A stretch of DNA of 64,000 bases from Dechloromonas sp. (GTDB lineage Bacteria > Pseudomonadota > Gammaproteobacteria > Burkholderiales > Rhodocyclaceae). How positions within the stretch are numbered: the stretch's first letter is position 1; the number at the start of each line of letters is the position of its first letter. The stretch is from positions 11,214 to 75,213 of the forward strand of contig JAEUOD010000120.1 in NCBI GenBank assembly GCA_016791065.1, in the 5' to 3' direction. Positions 36,735 through 47,649 of this stretch are shown one piece after another. The translations under genes were made by a program, and so were the position numbers. Under the pieces are notes generated by a model. The model was not told the DNA's origin and did not search any database. It worked only from the letters and a program-made list of their open reading frames with translations.

Positions 36735-38750
36735 GTGAAATCCCTGTTTGCCCCTGCCATTGCCCTGATGAATCGCCTGCGCTATCCCGCGAAGTTTTTC
36801 GTGCTGGGTTTCGCCGTTGTCATCGTCATGCTGGTGTTGCTGTTCACGGTCTATACCAATCTCAAACGCGACATCGTCACGGCGGAAAAGGAAATCGCCG
36901 GTTTGCAGATGCTCAAGCCGATGAATCGCCTGGTGCAGTCGATGCAGCAGCATCGTGGCCTTTCCTCGGGCGTTCTCAATGGCAACGAGGCGATGAAGGA
37001 TAAGCGCGCCGCCAAGGAAAAGGACGTCGAACAGTTACTGGCCGAGACCGAGACGGCACTTCTTTCCAAATTGCGTGAACAGCCGGGCTGGAAGCAGATT
37101 CGCCAGGACTGGGAGGCCATTCGTCGCGATGGCCTGAGCTGGACGCCGCCGGAGAACATCAAGCGTCATACGGCGATGATCGACAATGCTCTCGTCTTCA
37201 TGGTCGAAATCGCTGATGAAACGGAATTGACGCTTGACCCGACGATGGACACCTACTATTTCATGGATACGGTGGTGACCAAGATGCCGGCCATGCTCGA
37301 GCCCTTGGGCATTACCCGGGCACGCGGCACGGGCGTGCTGACCAAGAAGGAGTTGTCGCCACAGTTGCGTATTGACATTTCCTCGCTGGTTGCGCAAATG
37401 AGTGGCACTTTGCGGGCGCAAAACGAGAATCTCGCCAAGGTCATGCGTTATGCGCCGGATTTGCAGGGAGCGCTGGCCGCACCGACCAAGGAATTTTCCG
37501 ATGGCGTCGGCAAGATCTTCGCGCTGGTACGCGAGGACATCATCGGCGAAAAGTTCGCGACGCCGCCGCAGGAGTATTTCGCGATGACCACCCAGGTCAT
37601 CGATCTCGGCTACAAGATCATGTTCGAAACCCTGATCCCGCAGTTCGAGCAGCAGCTTGAACTGCGCAAGGCCAAGGCACAACAGGTCCTGAGTTTCAAT
37701 ATTGGCGTTTCGCTGGTTATCATGCTGCTCGTCGGTTACATGGGGGTCGGCGCCTACTACTCGGTCATCGAAAGCATCAAGGTGTTTTCGCAGGGTGCGA
37801 AACGCCTGGCCGATGGTGACCTGACCGCCGAGTTTGCAACCGAGGGCGCAGATGAGTTGCATGCCGCCGGGCGGGATTTCAACGACATGGCGGCGGCTTT
37901 CCGGCAACTGCTCGGCCGCATCCAGACCGACGTCGGCCTGCTGCGCTCGGCTGCCGAGCAACTCGCCACGTCGAGCACCCAGATTTCGCAGAGCACCAGT
38001 GCGCAGAGCGATTCCGCCTCGAGCATGGCGGCGGCGGTTGAGGAAATGACGGTCGGTGTCGACCACATATCCAAAAACGCCCAGGATGCCCAGGCCAGTT
38101 CTCGCTCCTCGGACGAGGTGTCGGCCGAGGGCGGGCGCATCGTCGATGGTGTCGTCCGCGAGATCAGCGAGATCGCCGACACGGTCAACCAGTCGGCGGC
38201 GGCCGTCGAGGCGCTCGGCCAGCAATCCGATCAGATTTCGGCCATCGTCGGCACGATCAAGGACATTGCCGATCAGACCAACCTGCTGGCGCTTAATGCC
38301 GCCATCGAAGCGGCGCGGGCCGGAGAGGCCGGGCGTGGTTTCGCCGTGGTGGCCGACGAGGTACGCAAGCTGGCCGAACGGACGGCGAAATCCACGCAGG
38401 AGATCGCCGGCATGATCGCTGCGATTCAAGCTGGTACCGAGAAGGCTGTTGCTACCATGAAACTGGGCGTCGATCGCGTCGCCAATGGCGTCGAGCAGGC
38501 GCAACTGGCCGGCAGCAACATCGTTCAGGTTCAGGCCCAGTCGCGGCAGGTGGTCGAGGCTGTTTCGGAAATCAGCATCGCCCTGCGCGAGCAGGCGGCG
38601 GCGAGTACCGAGATCGCCCAGAACGTCGAGAAGATCGCCCAGATGGCCGAGGAGAACAACGCGGCCGCCAGCGGCAATGCGGCAACCGCCGATAACCTGC
38701 GCCGCCTCGCCGAAACCCTGAGCGAAGAGGTTTCGCGCTTCCGGACCTAG
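36735..38750 (+). CDS. Methyl-accepting chemotaxis protein with helical periplasmic sensor
   Basis: 2 [37 protein letters not shown]; GGAGG RBS. Confidence 0.95.
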   Translation: MKSLFAPAIALMNRLRYPAKFFVLGFAVVIVMLVLLFTVYTNLKRDIVTAEKEIAGLQMLKPMNRLVQSMQQHRGLSSGVLNGNEAMKDKRAAKEKDVEQLLAETETALLSKLREQPGWKQIRQDWEAIRRDGLSWTPPENIKRHTAMIDNALVFMVEIADETELTLDPTMDTYYFMDTVVTKMPAMLEPLGITRARGTGVLTKKELSPQLRIDISSLVAQMSGTLRAQNENLAKVMRYAPDLQGALAAPTKEFSDGVGKIFALVREDIIGEKFATPPQEYFAMTTQVIDLGYKIMFETLIPQFEQQLELRKAKAQQVLSFNIGVSLVIMLLVGYMGVGAYYSVIESIKVFSQGAKRLADGDLTAEFATEGADELHAAGRDFNDMAAAFRQLLGRIQTDVGLLRSAAEQLATSSTQISQSTSAQSDSASSMAAAVEEMTVGVDHISKNAQDAQASSRSSDEVSAEGGRIVDGVVREISEIADTVNQSAAAVEALGQQSDQISAIVGTIKDIADQTNLLALNAAIEAARAGEAGRGFAVVADEVRKLAERTAKSTQEIAGMIAAIQAGTEKAVATMKLGVDRVANGVEQAQLAGSNIVQVQAQSRQVVEAVSEISIALREQAAASTEIAQNVEKIAQMAEENNAAASGNAATADNLRRLAETLSEEVSRFRT

Positions 38751-39295
38751 CCGGCGCGAGTTTTTCTGCTGCCCTTGCGCCGCCGCCAGGCGGCGATCAG
38801 GTAGAGCCGCCAGGCCGCCTTGGTCGCGAAGTAGCCGACGACCGCCAGGCCGGCGGCGAGGGCGAGCAGGCCCAGTCCGAGCGGCTTGGCTGCGCCGAGC
38901 ATCCAGGCCTGCATGGCCTCCGTCCAGCCGACGAAGGCGGTGGCGCTGAATTCAGGCGGGGCAACGAAATGGCCGCTGTCGCCGAGTACGAGGCGGCCCA
39001 GCTGGTATGCCACGAGATAGAGCGGCACGATGGTGAAGGGGTTGGTGTAGAGCGTCATCAGCAGGGCAAGCGGCAGGTTGACGCGGAAAATCAGGGCGCA
39101 GACGGCAGCACCGATCATTTGCAGCGGCCCGGGGATCAATCCGCAGAACAGTCCGGCGGCGACTGCGCCGGCCGCCGAGTGGCGGTTCAGGTGCCACAGG
39201 CGGGGATGCAGCAGGGAAGAGGCGAAAGGCCGCAGCCAGGGATTCTGGCGAATGCTCTCGTGATCCGGCAGGTATTTTTTCAGGTGACGTCGCAT
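38747..39295 (-). CDS. DUF2062 membrane protein
   Basis: [25 protein letters not shown]; typical position divergent from comEC. Confidence 0.88.
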   Translation of the reverse strand: MRRHLKKYLPDHESIRQNPWLRPFASSLLHPRLWHLNRHSAAGAVAAGLFCGLIPGPLQMIGAAVCALIFRVNLPLALLMTLYTNPFTIVPLYLVAYQLGRLVLGDSGHFVAPPEFSATAFVGWTEAMQAWMLGAAKPLGLGLLALAAGLAVVGYFATKAAWRLYLIAAWRRRKGSRKTRAG

Positions 39296-39312
39296 CTGCT
39301 TATTATTGCAGC

Positions 39313-41631
39313 ATGCGCCTGCAAATTCTCGCCTTCGCCTTCGGTGTCCTGCTGCTTCAGATGCAGCCCGAATTGCCGGCCTGGTCGGGCTGGGCGTGGT
39401 TGGGCGGGGTGCTGGTATTGCCGTACTGGCGCTGGTCCGGGCATTCGCTTCGCCTCTTGGCGCTGGTCGCTTGCCTCGCGCTCGGTTTTTCCTGGGCGGC
39501 TTGGCGAGCCGAAATCCGGCTGGCGGAGGAGCTGCCGGCTGCCTGGGAGGGCAGGGACGTCGCGCTGCTCGGCGTCGTCGCCACGTTGCCGCAGGAGTTC
39601 GGCAATGGCCAGCGTTTCGAGTTCGTCGTCGAGCAGGTGGATAGCGTTGGCGCCGTCGTTCCCGGACGCATCATGCTTTCCTGGTATCAGGGTCGCCCCG
39701 GCGACGAAACCTTCGAGCGGCTCGCCGTCAGGCCGGGCGAGCGCTGGCGCTTCATGATCCGCCTCAAGCGGCCGCACGGTAACGCCAATCCCGGCGGCTT
39801 CGATTACGAGGCCTGGTTGCTCGAACGCGGCATCCGGGCGACCGGTTACATCCGGCCGGGGGCGCCACAACGCTTCAGCGAGATGGTCTGGCAGCCGGCC
39901 TACGCCATCGAGCGCTTGCGCCACCAGATCCGTGAGCGCTTCGCCACGACACTGCCGGCCGAGAATTATCCGCTGGCCGGCATCCTCGTCGCGCTGGCGA
40001 TCGGCGACCAGAAGGCGATCGACGGCGCCCTTTGGACGACCTTCAACCGGACAGGGGTTTCGCATCTTTTTGCCATCTCCGGGCTCCATGTCACGATGAT
40101 CGCGGCACTCTTCGGCTGGCTGGCCAGTGCGGGCTGGCGCCGTGTCCCGACCCTGGCCCTGCGTCTGCCGGCGCAGAAGGCGGGGATTGTCGCTGCCGTC
40201 TTCGCCGCCTTACTCTATGCCTTGCTTGCCGGCTTCGCAGTGCCCGCTCAGCGCACCCTTTACATGCTGCTGGTCGCCGCTCTCGCCATGTTATCGGGGC
40301 GCCTGGCGGCGCCGAGTCGAACCCTGTTGCTTGCCCTGCTCGTGGTCCTGGTACTCGATCCCTGGGCCATTCTCTCGGCTGGGTTCTGGCTCTCTTTCGG
40401 GGCGGTCGGAGCGCTCCTTTATATCGGTTCGGCCGAGGTCGGTCGCGAAAGTGGCTGGCGCCAGGCACTGCGAACCTGGGGGATGGTCCAGTGGGCGGCC
40501 ACGCTCGCCACCTTGCCTGTCCTGCTCGTGGTCTTCCAGCAGTTTTCACTGGTTTCGCCCCTCGCCAACGCGCTGGCGATTCCAGTTGTCAGCTTTGTCG
40601 TGACGCCGCTGGCGCTACTCGGCGCCATCGTGCCGTGGTGGCCGATCCTTGCGCTGGCTCATGCCGTGCTCGGCTGGCAGATGCTTTTCCTCGATTGGTG
40701 CGCCACCTGGCCGCTCTGGCAGGCACCTGCGCCACCGCTCTGGGCGGCGCTCGCCGCAGGCCTCGGTGTCGCTGTCGCACTCCTGCCGCGCGGGGTGCCG
40801 GGGCGCTGGCTGGGGGCCTTTCTTCTCCTGCCGGCCCTGTTCGGTCAGGCGCCACGGCCAGCCGAGGGCGACGCCTGGATCAACGTGCTCGATGTCGGCC
40901 AGGGGCTGGCCAGCGTCGTGCGTACCCGCAAGCACACCTTGATTTACGATCCCGGGCCGCTCTACAGCGCCGAATCGGATGCCGGGCAGCGCGTTGTCGT
41001 GCCCTATCTGCGCAGCCTCGGCATTGCCCGCGTCGATATGCTGATGGTGACGCATCGTGATAGCGATCATTCGGGGGGAACGGCTTCGGTGCTCTCCGCC
41101 CTGGCGGTCGATGCGGTGCGTAGTTCGGTCGGCGAAATCCCCGGTCAGCCATGCCTTGCCGGCCAGTCCTGGAACTGGGATGGCGTCGCCTTCGAGGTGC
41201 TGCATCCGGATGCCTCGGCCTATGCGGCAGGCGGCAAGTCCAATCATCTCTCCTGTGTGTTGCGCATCACGGCGGGGGACAGGCGCATCTTGCTTACCTC
41301 CGACATCGAGGCGCCGGACGAGGCGGCGCTGCTCGCCCGCTATCCCGGGCAACTGGCGGCCGATGTGCTGCTCGTGCCGCATCACGGGTCGCGCACCTCG
41401 TCTACACAGGCATTTCTCGCCGCGGTCGGGCCGTCGGCGGCGATCATTCCGGTCGGATATCGCAACCGCTTTGGCCATCCCAAGGCCGATATCGTCGAGC
41501 GTTTTATGACGATGGGAATACCCTTGTGGCGTACGGATCGCGATGGTGCGGTGCAGGTTGAACTCGGGGCAGGGGGGCTTGCGCTTTCTGGCTGGCGGCG
41601 TGAGTATCGCCGCTACTGGCTTGACCGGTGA
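39313..41631 (+). CDS. comEC: DNA uptake channel ComEC/Rec2
   Basis: NPGGFDYE, HLFAISGLH, DVGQG, THRDSDHSGG, PHHGS, NRFGHP, RTDRDG. Confidence 0.95.
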   Translation: MRLQILAFAFGVLLLQMQPELPAWSGWAWLGGVLVLPYWRWSGHSLRLLALVACLALGFSWAAWRAEIRLAEELPAAWEGRDVALLGVVATLPQEFGNGQRFEFVVEQVDSVGAVVPGRIMLSWYQGRPGDETFERLAVRPGERWRFMIRLKRPHGNANPGGFDYEAWLLERGIRATGYIRPGAPQRFSEMVWQPAYAIERLRHQIRERFATTLPAENYPLAGILVALAIGDQKAIDGALWTTFNRTGVSHLFAISGLHVTMIAALFGWLASAGWRRVPTLALRLPAQKAGIVAAVFAALLYALLAGFAVPAQRTLYMLLVAALAMLSGRLAAPSRTLLLALLVVLVLDPWAILSAGFWLSFGAVGALLYIGSAEVGRESGWRQALRTWGMVQWAATLATLPVLLVVFQQFSLVSPLANALAIPVVSFVVTPLALLGAIVPWWPILALAHAVLGWQMLFLDWCATWPLWQAPAPPLWAALAAGLGVAVALLPRGVPGRWLGAFLLLPALFGQAPRPAEGDAWINVLDVGQGLASVVRTRKHTLIYDPGPLYSAESDAGQRVVVPYLRSLGIARVDMLMVTHRDSDHSGGTASVLSALAVDAVRSSVGEIPGQPCLAGQSWNWDGVAFEVLHPDASAYAAGGKSNHLSCVLRITAGDRRILLTSDIEAPDEAALLARYPGQLAADVLLVPHHGSRTSSTQAFLAAVGPSAAIIPVGYRNRFGHPKADIVERFMTMGIPLWRTDRDGAVQVELGAGGLALSGWRREYRRYWLDR

Positions 41632-41653
41632 CATGAGAGGCTGGAGAGAAACC

Positions 41654-42508
41654 ATGGAATACAGGCAACAGCATGTGCAGTGCATCAGTCCTTCCGGTTT
41701 GCACCGAATGGCTTACACCGAATGGGGCGATCACCATAACCCGCGGGTTCTCGTCTGCGTGCATGGCCTGACCCGCAACGGGCGCGATTTCGATACCCTG
41801 GCCCAGGCCATGTCGGCCCACTACCGGGTGATTTGTCCCGATGTCGTCGGTCGTGGCAAGAGCAGCCGCCTGCGCGATCCGGCCGGCTATCAGGTGCCGC
41901 AGTACGTCAGCGACATGGTGACCCTGATCGCTCGCCTGGGTGTCGAGCGCGTCGATTGGGTCGGCACCTCGATGGGCGGGCTGATCGGCATGGCCCTCGC
42001 CGCTCAGGAAGGGACTCCGATCGGGCGCTTGCTCCTCAATGACGTTGGGCCGGTGATTACCGTCGAGTCGCTGCAACGCATCGCCACCTATGTCGGCGTC
42101 GATCCGCTCTGGCCTAGCTTCGAGGAGGCGCTCGCCTACGTCAGGCTGATCAGTGCACCGTTCGGTGCCTTGAGCGAGGCACAGTGGTGGCACCTGACCG
42201 AAACCAGCGTCGCCCAGCGTCCGGACGGGCGCTGGGGCTTTCTTTATGATCCGCAGATCGCCACCCCGTTCAAGGCCGCCTTCGTCGAAAGCGACATCGA
42301 TCTCTGGCCGCTCTACGAGCAGATCAAATGCCCGACCCTGGCAATGCGCGGTGCCGAATCCGATTTGCTGACACGCGACACCTGGCGCCAGATGGGCGAA
42401 CGCGGACCGCGGGCGGAACTGGCCGAAATCGCCGGTGTCGGACATGCCCCGATGTTCCTCGACGAAGAACAAATCTTCGTCGCCCGCGACTTTCTCCTCA
42501 AAGCATGA
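41654..42508 (+). CDS. Alpha/beta hydrolase
   Basis: HGLTRN, GTSMGG nucleophile elbow, GHAP; GGAGAG RBS. Confidence 0.9.
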   Translation: MEYRQQHVQCISPSGLHRMAYTEWGDHHNPRVLVCVHGLTRNGRDFDTLAQAMSAHYRVICPDVVGRGKSSRLRDPAGYQVPQYVSDMVTLIARLGVERVDWVGTSMGGLIGMALAAQEGTPIGRLLLNDVGPVITVESLQRIATYVGVDPLWPSFEEALAYVRLISAPFGALSEAQWWHLTETSVAQRPDGRWGFLYDPQIATPFKAAFVESDIDLWPLYEQIKCPTLAMRGAESDLLTRDTWRQMGERGPRAELAEIAGVGHAPMFLDEEQIFVARDFLLKA

Positions 42509-43260
42509 AACACATTCTCGTCAACGATCTCCGTCTCGAATACCGCGATTTTCCGGCCGCCGAACCCGGGCGACCGACCTTGATGCTGCTCCACGAGGGG
42601 CTGGGATGTGTCGCCATGTGGCGTCATTTTCCGGAAAAGCTGGCGGCGGCCACCGGTTGCCGCCTGATTGCCTGGTCGCGTGCCGGCTACGGTGGTTCGC
42701 AGGCCTACCCCGAGGCGCGCACGCCGCGCTACATGCATCGTGAAGCCGAAGAGGCGCTGCCGGCGCTGATCGCTGCGCTCGGTATCGAACGGCCGATCCT
42801 GATCGGCCACAGCGACGGCGGCAGCATCGCGCTGATCTTCGCCGGCGCCTTTCCGGACGTGCCGCGAGCCATCGCCGTCATGGCGCCCCACGAATTCGTC
42901 GAGGAAATCACCCTGGCCGGCATTCGCGAAGCCCGGCAGGCCTGGGAAAGCACCGATCTGCCGAAGAAGCTCGGGCGCTATCATCACGACCAGACGCAGC
43001 GCGTTTTCTTCGACTGGAACGACACTTGGCTGTCGCCCGCTTTCCGCGACTGGAATATCGAATCCTATTTGGCAAACATACGCTGTCCGGTGCTCGCTAT
43101 CCAGGGCGAGGACGATGAATACGCCACCATGCGCCAGATCGATGCCATCGCCGAGCGGATTCCCGGTACGCAACTACTCAAGCTGCCAGCCTGCGGCCAT
43201 TCGCCGCAGCGCGACCAGGAAGCAGCGGTAATCGCAGCGCTGGTTGAATTTATCGGGTAA
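42505..43260 (+). CDS. Alpha/beta hydrolase
   Basis: LHEGLG, GHSDGG, QG.DDEY, CGHSP; ATGA overlap with the previous gene. Confidence 0.9.
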   Translation: MKHILVNDLRLEYRDFPAAEPGRPTLMLLHEGLGCVAMWRHFPEKLAAATGCRLIAWSRAGYGGSQAYPEARTPRYMHREAEEALPALIAALGIERPILIGHSDGGSIALIFAGAFPDVPRAIAVMAPHEFVEEITLAGIREARQAWESTDLPKKLGRYHHDQTQRVFFDWNDTWLSPAFRDWNIESYLANIRCPVLAIQGEDDEYATMRQIDAIAERIPGTQLLKLPACGHSPQRDQEAAVIAALVEFIG

Positions 43261-43367
43261 TTCCCGATTGAAATTTCACGGTTTCTGCGGATTGCGTTGC
43301 ATGTAACCGTATAGTTTTCCGCTATAGTCCGACGAAAGTTATAACTATAGGCGGGAGGAATGGAGCG

Positions 43368-46300
43368 ATGAAGGTCTTCCACACGCAGTGGAAGTTGCTG
43401 TGCGCCTTTTTGGCGGTGCTGGCGGCCATCATGGGTTACAACATCCATGAGTCGCGCAGCGTCAAGGCCAACGAAGAGCGCGTGCACCTGACTAATCTCG
43501 CGACCATTTCGGCCGACATCATCGAGCGTCGCCTTCAGGGGACCGACCATCTCCTGCAGACCATGATCGACAGCATTCCTGCCTGGTCGGTGGCAGGTGA
43601 CGGCTGGCGTTCGGCCAACGTGCAGCTGACCCAGCTGGCCGGACTCGGGCATGGCACCGAAATCCTGATGGTGATGTCCGTGGACGGTGATGTTCTGGCC
43701 TCCAACCGCGCCGATCTGCTCGGCCAGAATTTCGCCCATCGCCACTATTACCGAATGGCCCGCGAAGCCAGCACTGGTGCAGCGCGGATCATTTCGCCGC
43801 CGTTTCAGACCGTTTTCGGCAACTACACCTTCACTGTCTCGCGCAAGTTGCTCGATGATGGCGGCCGCTTTGCCGGTGTTGTCATGGCGACCATGGACAT
43901 GCCTTTCATCGGCCAGTTGCTAAAGCACACGCTCTATGCCGAGGATATGTGGACGGCGCTGGCCCACGGAAACGGCATCCAGATCATGATGGTTCCGGAT
44001 CGGCCGGACCAGGCTGGCAAGAACCTCGCCGTGCCCGGTTCCTTCTTCAGCCGTCACGTCGAGGGCGGCCGTCCAGACAGTTTCCTCACCGGCATTGTCG
44101 CCGCCACTGGCGAGGAGCGCATGATGGCGCTGCTGACCATCCAGCCCACCAAGCTGCATATGGACTATCCGCTGGTTCTGGCGGTCGGCCGGGAGGTCAA
44201 TGCGGTCTTCGCCGAGTGGCGGTTGCGTGCTGTGGTTTGGACTCTTATCTATCTCGGTGTCGCGGTGCTCGCCGTGGCCGGGCTCTGGTGGTACCAAAAG
44301 AAGCATCGTCAGGATTGGGAAACCATCCTCCGCAAGCAGGCGCTGGTCGATACCGCGACCGATGGCATCCACGTGATCGATATGGATGGCTGGCTGGTCG
44401 ATGCCAATCCGGCCTTTCTCGCCATGCTCGGCCTGCGCCGCTCGGCCATTGGCCGAATCCGGATCGATGCCATCGATACCGAACATTGCCTCGAACGAAT
44501 CCAGGTAGAAATGCGGCGCATACAGGCCTCGGGCGACTCCTGGCGAATCGAGACCCGGCATCGCCACCGCGACGGGCATCTGATCGATGTCGAGGTGAGC
44601 TGCCGCTGTCTCGAGCTGCATGGGCAAAGTTTCCTCGTCGCTTCCTCACGCGATGTCAGCGAGCGCAAACGGGCGCTCGAGCAACTGGCCCTGCGGGAAC
44701 TGGAACTCAAGACCATCATCGATACCGAACCGGAGTGCGTCAAGCTGGTGGCCGAGGACGGTGTGCTCTTGCGTATGAACAAGGCCGGCCTGACGATGAT
44801 CGAGGCGGACTCCATGGAGCAGGTGGTGGGCCACCCGATTGGCGAGTTGATTGCCCCGGAGCACCGGGATGCTTTCATGGCGCTCAATCGGCGCGTCTTT
44901 GCCGGTGAGTCGGGAACACTGGAATTCGAGATCATCGGCCTCGGAGGCGTTCGCCGCTGGATGGAAACCCATGCCGTGCCGATGCGCGATACCCAGGGCA
45001 AGGTTACGGCCCATCTCGCGGTGACCCGGGACATCACCCAGCGCAAGGCCGCCGAGCAGGAACTGGCCAAGCTGCACCAGGCGGTCGAGCAGAGCCCGGA
45101 AGGAATCTGCATCACCGATGCCGATGGCCGGATCGAATACGTCAACCGCGCTTTCATGAGCAGCAGCGGCTACAGTTGGGAGGAACTGGCCGGAAGCAAT
45201 CCCCGCCTGCTCAGTTCCGGTCAGACGCCGCGCGAAATCTACGAGGAGATGTGGGCGACCTTGCAGGCCGGCAAGGTCTGGGTCGGCGAGCTGATCAACC
45301 GGCGCAAGAACGGCGAAATCTATGTCGAGTCCGAGATCATCTCGCCCGTCCGTCAGCCGGATGGCCGGATCACCGATTACCTGGCGATCAAGCAGGACGT
45401 TACGGAGAAGAAGCAACTGCAGCGCGAGGTCGAAGCCTACCGCGAGCATCTGGAAGACCTCGTTGAGACCAAGACGGCCGCTCTCCAGGAAGCCAATGCC
45501 TCACTCGCCGAATCGCGCGATGCTGCCAACCAGGCCGCCCATTCCAAGGCGGCTTTCCTCTCCAACATGAGTCACGAAATCCGGACACCGATGAACGGTA
45601 TCATCGGCATGCTGCACCTGCTCCGGCGGACCGGGGTGGATGCCAAGCAGCTGGGCTACCTGAGCAAGATCGAGCATTCGGCCAATCACCTGCTGGCGCT
45701 GATCAATGACATCCTCGACCTCTCCAAGATCGATGCTGGCAAACTGCTGATCGAGCATCTGCCGATCAACGTGCCGCAGATCGTTGCCAACGTCTCGTCC
45801 ATCATCGGCGAAGCAGCGCGCGCGCGCAAAGTGCTCGTCACCACCGATCTGGCGACTTTGCGCGGTGGCCTGCTCGGGGATACGACGCGGATCACCCAGG
45901 CCTTGCTCAACTACGCCTCGAATGCCGTGAAATTCACCGAGCACGGGCGGATCGACATCCGGACGCATGTGCTCGAGTCGGACGACAGCGGTTGCGTGGT
46001 CCGCTTCGAAGTGAGCGATACCGGGCCGGGCGTTGCGCCCGAGGTACTCGCCCGCCTATTTCAGGCCTTCGAGCAGGCCGACAGCTCGACCACCCGCCTC
46101 TACAAGGGTACCGGCCTCGGGCTGGCGATCACCCGCCAACTGGCCCGCCTGATGGGCGGCGACGCCGGTGCCGACAGCGTGCCAGGGCAGGGCAGCACCT
46201 TCTGGTTCACCGTACGTTTTGAACAGGGTGACCAGGATTTCGCCGAGCAACAGTTCGAGCGCAGGTCCGACGCCGAGGCGCGGGTCATGGCCCTGCATCG

Positions 46301-46673
46301 CGGCAAGCGGGTGCTGCTCGTCGAGGATGAGCCGATCAACCAGGAAATCTCCCAGTTGCTGCTCGAAGAAGCCGGCCTGGTGGTCGATCTGGCCGGGAAT
46401 GGCGAAGAGGCTATACGGCGGGTCGAGGCTGGTACATATGGCCTGATCCTGATGGACATGCAGATGCCCGTCATGGATGGCCTTGAAGCTACCCGCCAGA
46501 TTCGTCAATTGGCCAACGGCCGGACGGCTTTCATCCTGGCGATGACGGCGAATGCCTTTGCCGACGACCGCGAGCGTTGCCTGGCGGCGGGCATGGATGA
46601 TTTCGTGGCCAAGCCGGTCGATCCCGATGTGCTTTTCCAGAAGGTACTCGACGGCCTCAGTCGAGGCGACTGA
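43368..46673 (+). CDS. Hybrid sensor kinase (Cache-like, 3 PAS, HisKA, HATPase, REC)
   Basis: [38 protein letters not shown]. Confidence 0.93.
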   Translation: MKVFHTQWKLLCAFLAVLAAIMGYNIHESRSVKANEERVHLTNLATISADIIERRLQGTDHLLQTMIDSIPAWSVAGDGWRSANVQLTQLAGLGHGTEILMVMSVDGDVLASNRADLLGQNFAHRHYYRMAREASTGAARIISPPFQTVFGNYTFTVSRKLLDDGGRFAGVVMATMDMPFIGQLLKHTLYAEDMWTALAHGNGIQIMMVPDRPDQAGKNLAVPGSFFSRHVEGGRPDSFLTGIVAATGEERMMALLTIQPTKLHMDYPLVLAVGREVNAVFAEWRLRAVVWTLIYLGVAVLAVAGLWWYQKKHRQDWETILRKQALVDTATDGIHVIDMDGWLVDANPAFLAMLGLRRSAIGRIRIDAIDTEHCLERIQVEMRRIQASGDSWRIETRHRHRDGHLIDVEVSCRCLELHGQSFLVASSRDVSERKRALEQLALRELELKTIIDTEPECVKLVAEDGVLLRMNKAGLTMIEADSMEQVVGHPIGELIAPEHRDAFMALNRRVFAGESGTLEFEIIGLGGVRRWMETHAVPMRDTQGKVTAHLAVTRDITQRKAAEQELAKLHQAVEQSPEGICITDADGRIEYVNRAFMSSSGYSWEELAGSNPRLLSSGQTPREIYEEMWATLQAGKVWVGELINRRKNGEIYVESEIISPVRQPDGRITDYLAIKQDVTEKKQLQREVEAYREHLEDLVETKTAALQEANASLAESRDAANQAAHSKAAFLSNMSHEIRTPMNGIIGMLHLLRRTGVDAKQLGYLSKIEHSANHLLALINDILDLSKIDAGKLLIEHLPINVPQIVANVSSIIGEAARARKVLVTTDLATLRGGLLGDTTRITQALLNYASNAVKFTEHGRIDIRTHVLESDDSGCVVRFEVSDTGPGVAPEVLARLFQAFEQADSSTTRLYKGTGLGLAITRQLARLMGGDAGADSVPGQGSTFWFTVRFEQGDQDFAEQQFERRSDAEARVMALHRGKRVLLVEDEPINQEISQLLLEEAGLVVDLAGNGEEAIRRVEAGTYGLILMDMQMPVMDGLEATRQIRQLANGRTAFILAMTANAFADDRERCLAAGMDDFVAKPVDPDVLFQKVLDGLSRGD

Positions 46674-46889
46674 GTTCCTTCGAATCGGTAGCGTCATTGC
46701 ACCGGACGAATTCGGCGATGTGCCTCCCCTGTCGGTATTCGTGAAGCCATTTGGCATGCGGCAATTTGCCACATTCCGAAAATATTAGTCGTTTCTTATT
46801 ATCCCCCGCTTGGAAAAACTTCCCGGTCAGTCAGCCATGGTTGGCCGGACGAAGGGCTTGATTCCAACCACACGTTCAACGGGGGGTTC

Positions 46890-47510
46890 ATGAACACGTT
46901 CAAAGCATCGCTTATTGCCATTGTCACTTCGCTCGGCCTGAATGTTGCAGCCGAAGCACAGTCCTACTCGCCCGAAGCCATCGCGAGCCTGCGCTACATG
47001 ATTGAGGAGGAGAAGTTGGCGGGCGACGTCTATCGATCGTTTGGAAATCTTTACCCGACGATCAGGCCATTCCAGAACATTCCAAGATCGGAAGATACTC
47101 ATGTTGCGGCGCTGGTTGGTCAGGCCAAGGCAATTGGTCTTGACGTCGGCGACCTTACCTCGCTGGCGGCCGGGCAATACCAGAATCCGAGTCTGCAGTC
47201 GCTCTTTGGCACCCTGGTGGCGCAAGGCAGCGCCTCCAGCTTTGCCGCACTGACCGTCGGGAAAAATATCGAAATTCTCGATATTGCCGACCTGACAGCT
47301 GCCAGATCGTTCGTGCCGTCCGGATCCCCGCTCTATTCAGTCTATGGCAACCTGATGAACGCTTCAAATAACCATTTGAACGCTTTCAACAACTGGCTGG
47401 CAATGACGCCTGCGCCGCCCGTGCCGGAACCGGAAACCTACGTCATGATGCTGACCGGTATCGGGATCATAGGTGCCGTGGTGCGCCGTCGCCGGAAGTC
47501 GGGAGATTGA
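46890..47510 (+). CDS. Ferritin-like DUF2202 domain protein with signal peptide and PEP-CTERM tail
   Basis: EEEKLA.DVY, F.NI..SE..H, IE..DI.DL, VY.NL..AS.NHL.AF; VPEPETY..TM..RRRRK. Confidence 0.85.
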   Translation: MNTFKASLIAIVTSLGLNVAAEAQSYSPEAIASLRYMIEEEKLAGDVYRSFGNLYPTIRPFQNIPRSEDTHVAALVGQAKAIGLDVGDLTSLAAGQYQNPSLQSLFGTLVAQGSASSFAALTVGKNIEILDIADLTAARSFVPSGSPLYSVYGNLMNASNNHLNAFNNWLAMTPAPPVPEPETYVMMLTGIGIIGAVVRRRRKSGD

Positions 47511-47649
47511 TGCGCAACTCCTGAAACGGAGCATGCCGGAGGCGCAGCGAACGCTGGCCAACAACTGTTTTCTCGGCGTGGCTATTCGATGCTGCCGATC
47601 GTCTGGAATAACCGGCGGTCGTGCGATTGGGTGGAGTGGGGGGCGATCT

